DNA from: Pseudomonadota bacterium
GTDB lineage: Bacteria > UBA10199 > 2-02-FULL-44-16 > JBDRGF01
Assembly (NCBI GenBank): GCA_043818055.1
Contig: JBDRGF010000121.1
Span: 1-10,952 of the forward strand
Length of the DNA stretch: 10,952 bases
Reading direction: 5' to 3'
How positions within the stretch are numbered: the stretch's first letter is position 1; every line of letters starts with the position of its first letter. Of the stretch, positions 8,387 through 10,952 are shown in pieces. The notes under the pieces are model-generated. The model worked only from the letters and a program-made list of their open reading frames with translations, was not told the DNA's origin and searched no databases. The position numbers and the translations under genes are program-made.

Positions 8387-8552
8387 CGCATGTGACCAGG
8401 GGGAAGAAGTCAGAGGTAAGAAGTCAGAAGCAAGAAAAAAACAAATGCCATGTGGTATGTAGTGAAAACTCAAGAATCCTGCCCTTCCCCCTGAACGGGG
8501 GAAGGTGCCCGTAGGGCGGATGGGGGTGAGGTTTTGACTACACGCCACATGC
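8387..8552 (+). repeat. Structured intergenic repeat element, copy 2
   Basis: Homologous to 2893-3044. Perfect hairpin CCTTCCCCC-TGAAC-GGGGGAAGG, outer stem 8449-8463/8537-8551, and terminal inverted repeat CGCATGTG (8387-8394) / CACATGCG (8546-8553). Confidence 0.9.
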
Positions 8553-8709
8553 GCCTTATATCTTTTTCCTTAAAGTCGTTCATAAAATAAGATAGCAACT
8601 TATTTCACTAAAAACCGATAAAATATAAAATTAGAGAAAAACATTCATGAAACTATTCGGCATAGGAAAATAGCATACCTTTGGCCTGCTTCAGGCGGCA
8701 TCTAGCCGG

Positions 8710-10952
8710 TTGAGTGGGACGGTTTTAGCTTCTCAATCACAGCATCTGGATCTCTTCGTTGAAAATCAGGATGAGAAAGGGGTCCAACATTTTTTTAACT
8801 CGAGTGAAGGATCTCGAGTTTATCACTTCATCGGTAGAAATGTAAGCACGTTGGTCGAAGATCTTTCGATCAATTCAGAAGATGTAATCGAAGAGGATCT
8901 TGAGGTTGTCGAGAGTACGAAGCTCACTCCAGAACAACTCTTTTCGATGTTAGAGAAGGAATCTGATAAGACACATTCTTTATACCAATCCAAAAAAGAT
9001 AGTTTGGAAGCTGAGTTGCAATCCTCTATTGAGGATGACCTGCAACTCATCGAGAGACGAATCGGATTTTGGTCAGAGCAGATCGGTCTAATCAAATCAC
9101 TCCCCAGAAACGAACGAGCCGATTTTAAGCAGGACATCGTCGATGGGGGGCGTCTTCTTCTTGGTCGCATCTATAATATCCAGGCTGAGTTGTATAGAGA
9201 ACCTCGTGCGCTTAATCCGCTCGGTCAGGTGCGATTGAGACGAGAGGCCGACAGAAGCGGTAAACGATCCACTAAGATCTCACCACCAAGACCAAAAGAG
9301 AGAGAGCAAGATGTTCGTCATGAGGGTCTTATCAACCATGACATTGGGTATGGCAGAGAGCTGATGCTCCGCCCGCATCAGATTGAATCACTCGATGTGA
9401 TCAAGGGCGAGTTTGCACGTGTAAGAGATAATATCAAAACAAACGGCCTTACCGCTGACTTTCTGCAAGGGACAATCGTGATGCCTGTGGGTGGTGGCAA
9501 GACGCGTACGATGGTGGCGAGTTTCGCTGCAGCGATCGAACAAGGATTACACAAGGATGGCGATAAATTTATCATCCTCAATCACACGACACAGATCCAT
9601 GAACAGAATTTACAGGTGACTGAGCTCCTTGCTCCCTATTTTGAGAAGCAGTTTGGTAGGCCACTCAAAGTATCGGAATACAAGGCTGAGAGTAAAGATC
9701 TGAGTGGTGATGTGGTTGTTGTTTCAATTCCGAGTGTCACAAGAAAAGATGGAATGAAAGCATTTGACTCGAGTTTGTATCACACTCTTGGTGATAATAA
9801 GATGTCAGTTGTTGCAATCGATGAGTCACATCACATCGGTTTGCAGGAGAAGCAGGGAACCAAGAAGAGCTGGCTGAAACTCGTCGAACGGATGCGAAAG
9901 ATATCGCCGACCTTTTATAGACTTGGGTTTACAGCGACGCCGACCGGAAAAGAGGGACGCATCCTCACACGTGTGAGAGAGATGGACCTTATGCATGCGC
10001 GTGTGACGCCGAGGACATATTATGTTCCAGTTCAAGGTTTGGAGTTGCCGCAATTAAAGAGTAAATCGGACAAGACTTTGGAACTAGAGTTATTGAGGCA
10101 TCCTGATAATGAAAAGCGCAACACTAGAATGTGGCAAGCTATCGATCAACATGGAATGCGACGTGAGAATGGCGAATTGGAGCCTAGCGTCATTTTTGGT
10201 GGCAGCATCAAACATGCCCTGAATATGGCAAGATCCTATAAGAGCTACTTTGATAGGGAGGGCAGGCCATTAAAGATCATCGGAGAGGACCGAGGTAGAA
10301 TATCAAAAGGAGATATCGCAAGTCTTAAAACAGGGGCAATTGCGATCGTGAGTGGAAATACTAGCGATACTGTAATGCAACAGCTCTTCAAGAAAGTGGA
10401 TGAAGGGAAGATCGAAGCAGTTTTTACAGTCGACAAGCTCTTCGAGGGAGCCGATTTATGGATGTTCTCTCATCAGGTTGGAGGCAGACCGACCTATTCG
10501 ATGATAAAGAAGGGTCAGGAGCGGGGTCGAACGAATCGAAGAAGTCCAGGTGACGTAACCGACGATGGGAGAATTTTGCGTGACGCCCCAAAAATTCTCT
10601 TCGATGTGAGAGATTGGAGTCGAGGAGATCATATTGTCTCGTATAATGAGATGATATTCAATTTTCCTGTGGCGATTGATGCAAGCAAACATGGCCAGCT
10701 TATCGACATGATGACGGGAGAGAGTGTCGATAGTGTCGATCGAAAGGGAAAGGTTATAAGAATTAGTCCAAAGATAAAAACGATAAAGAGAGAAATACGA
10801 GAAGGCTGGGAAAAACCGATAATCGAAAAACTCCTTTCGATATTGGAGATCGAGTATAAAAATGACCTCGATTCAATGGCATATGATCTTGGAATAACAG
10901 TGGAGGAGTTTGAGAGGATGTTGAATGAAAAAGCTTGGGTACAAGTTGGAAT
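8710..10952 (+). CDS. Large superfamily-2 DExH helicase/ATPase (ResIII/RadD/IRC3-like core), 3'-truncated by the window edge; start uncertain
   Basis: Manual translation of frame +1 is open from 8674 to the window end (759 codons). Q-motif LRPHQ (9367-9381), Walker A MPVGGGKT (9481-9504), DESH (9820-9831), TATP (9931-9942), motif V TVDKLFEGAD, RPTYS and motif VI QERGRTNR (10516-10539). Candidate starts: TTG 8710, ATG 8947, or ATG 8647 with an in-frame TAG. Confidence 0.9.
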   Translation, partial: MSGTVLASQSQHLDLFVENQDEKGVQHFFNSSEGSRVYHFIGRNVSTLVEDLSINSEDVIEEDLEVVESTKLTPEQLFSMLEKESDKTHSLYQSKKDSLEAELQSSIEDDLQLIERRIGFWSEQIGLIKSLPRNERADFKQDIVDGGRLLLGRIYNIQAELYREPRALNPLGQVRLRREADRSGKRSTKISPPRPKEREQDVRHEGLINHDIGYGRELMLRPHQIESLDVIKGEFARVRDNIKTNGLTADFLQGTIVMPVGGGKTRTMVASFAAAIEQGLHKDGDKFIILNHTTQIHEQNLQVTELLAPYFEKQFGRPLKVSEYKAESKDLSGDVVVVSIPSVTRKDGMKAFDSSLYHTLGDNKMSVVAIDESHHIGLQEKQGTKKSWLKLVERMRKISPTFYRLGFTATPTGKEGRILTRVREMDLMHARVTPRTYYVPVQGLELPQLKSKSDKTLELELLRHPDNEKRNTRMWQAIDQHGMRRENGELEPSVIFGGSIKHALNMARSYKSYFDREGRPLKIIGEDRGRISKGDIASLKTGAIAIVSGNTSDTVMQQLFKKVDEGKIEAVFTVDKLFEGADLWMFSHQVGGRPTYSMIKKGQERGRTNRRSPGDVTDDGRILRDAPKILFDVRDWSRGDHIVSYNEMIFNFPVAIDASKHGQLIDMMTGESVDSVDRKGKVIRISPKIKTIKREIREGWEKPIIEKLLSILEIEYKNDLDSMAYDLGITVEEFERMLNEKAWVQVG

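Noticed and set aside
8339..8548. Minus-strand ORFs 8339-8548 and 2693-2968 sharing the peptide FFLASDFLPL
   Set aside because: The similarity comes from the DNA repeat. The frames are not conserved across the rest of the element, and both ORFs overlap real genes.
2893..8552. Element copies as CRISPR repeats, tRNA, retron msr-msd or prophage att sites
   Set aside because: No repeat-spacer periodicity, no cloverleaf or T-loop, and no reverse transcriptase or integrase in the window. The enclosed genes are housekeeping.
8823..10692. Five short minus-strand ORFs in the track (8823-9170, 9378-9581, 9826-10053, 10245-10436, 10456-10692)
   Set aside because: All are shadows of the long plus-strand helicase frame, which carries ordered SF2 motifs.

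Overview
Bacterial chromosomal window, most consistent with a Deltaproteobacteria/Myxococcota-like lineage (weak inference from DnaK/DnaJ sequence style). Gene order: DUF4870-like and DUF2752-like membrane proteins, an SCP2 protein, glutamine-dependent nadE, rsmI, dnaK (minus strand) divergent from dnaJ, an alpha/beta-hydrolase homolog lacking the nucleophile Ser, a secreted hypothetical protein, and a large SF2 (ResIII/RadD-like) helicase. The helicase runs off the right edge and is absent from the ORF track. The most interesting signals are non-coding. (1) Two copies of a ~150-165 nt structured intergenic element with nested hairpins, a compensatory base change and terminal inverted repeats. 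(2) Several unrelated 7-nt-period tandem repeats in intergenic spaces. (3) Twin back-to-back RpoH-like promoters between head-to-head dnaK and dnaJ. No tRNA, rRNA, CRISPR array or transposase was seen.
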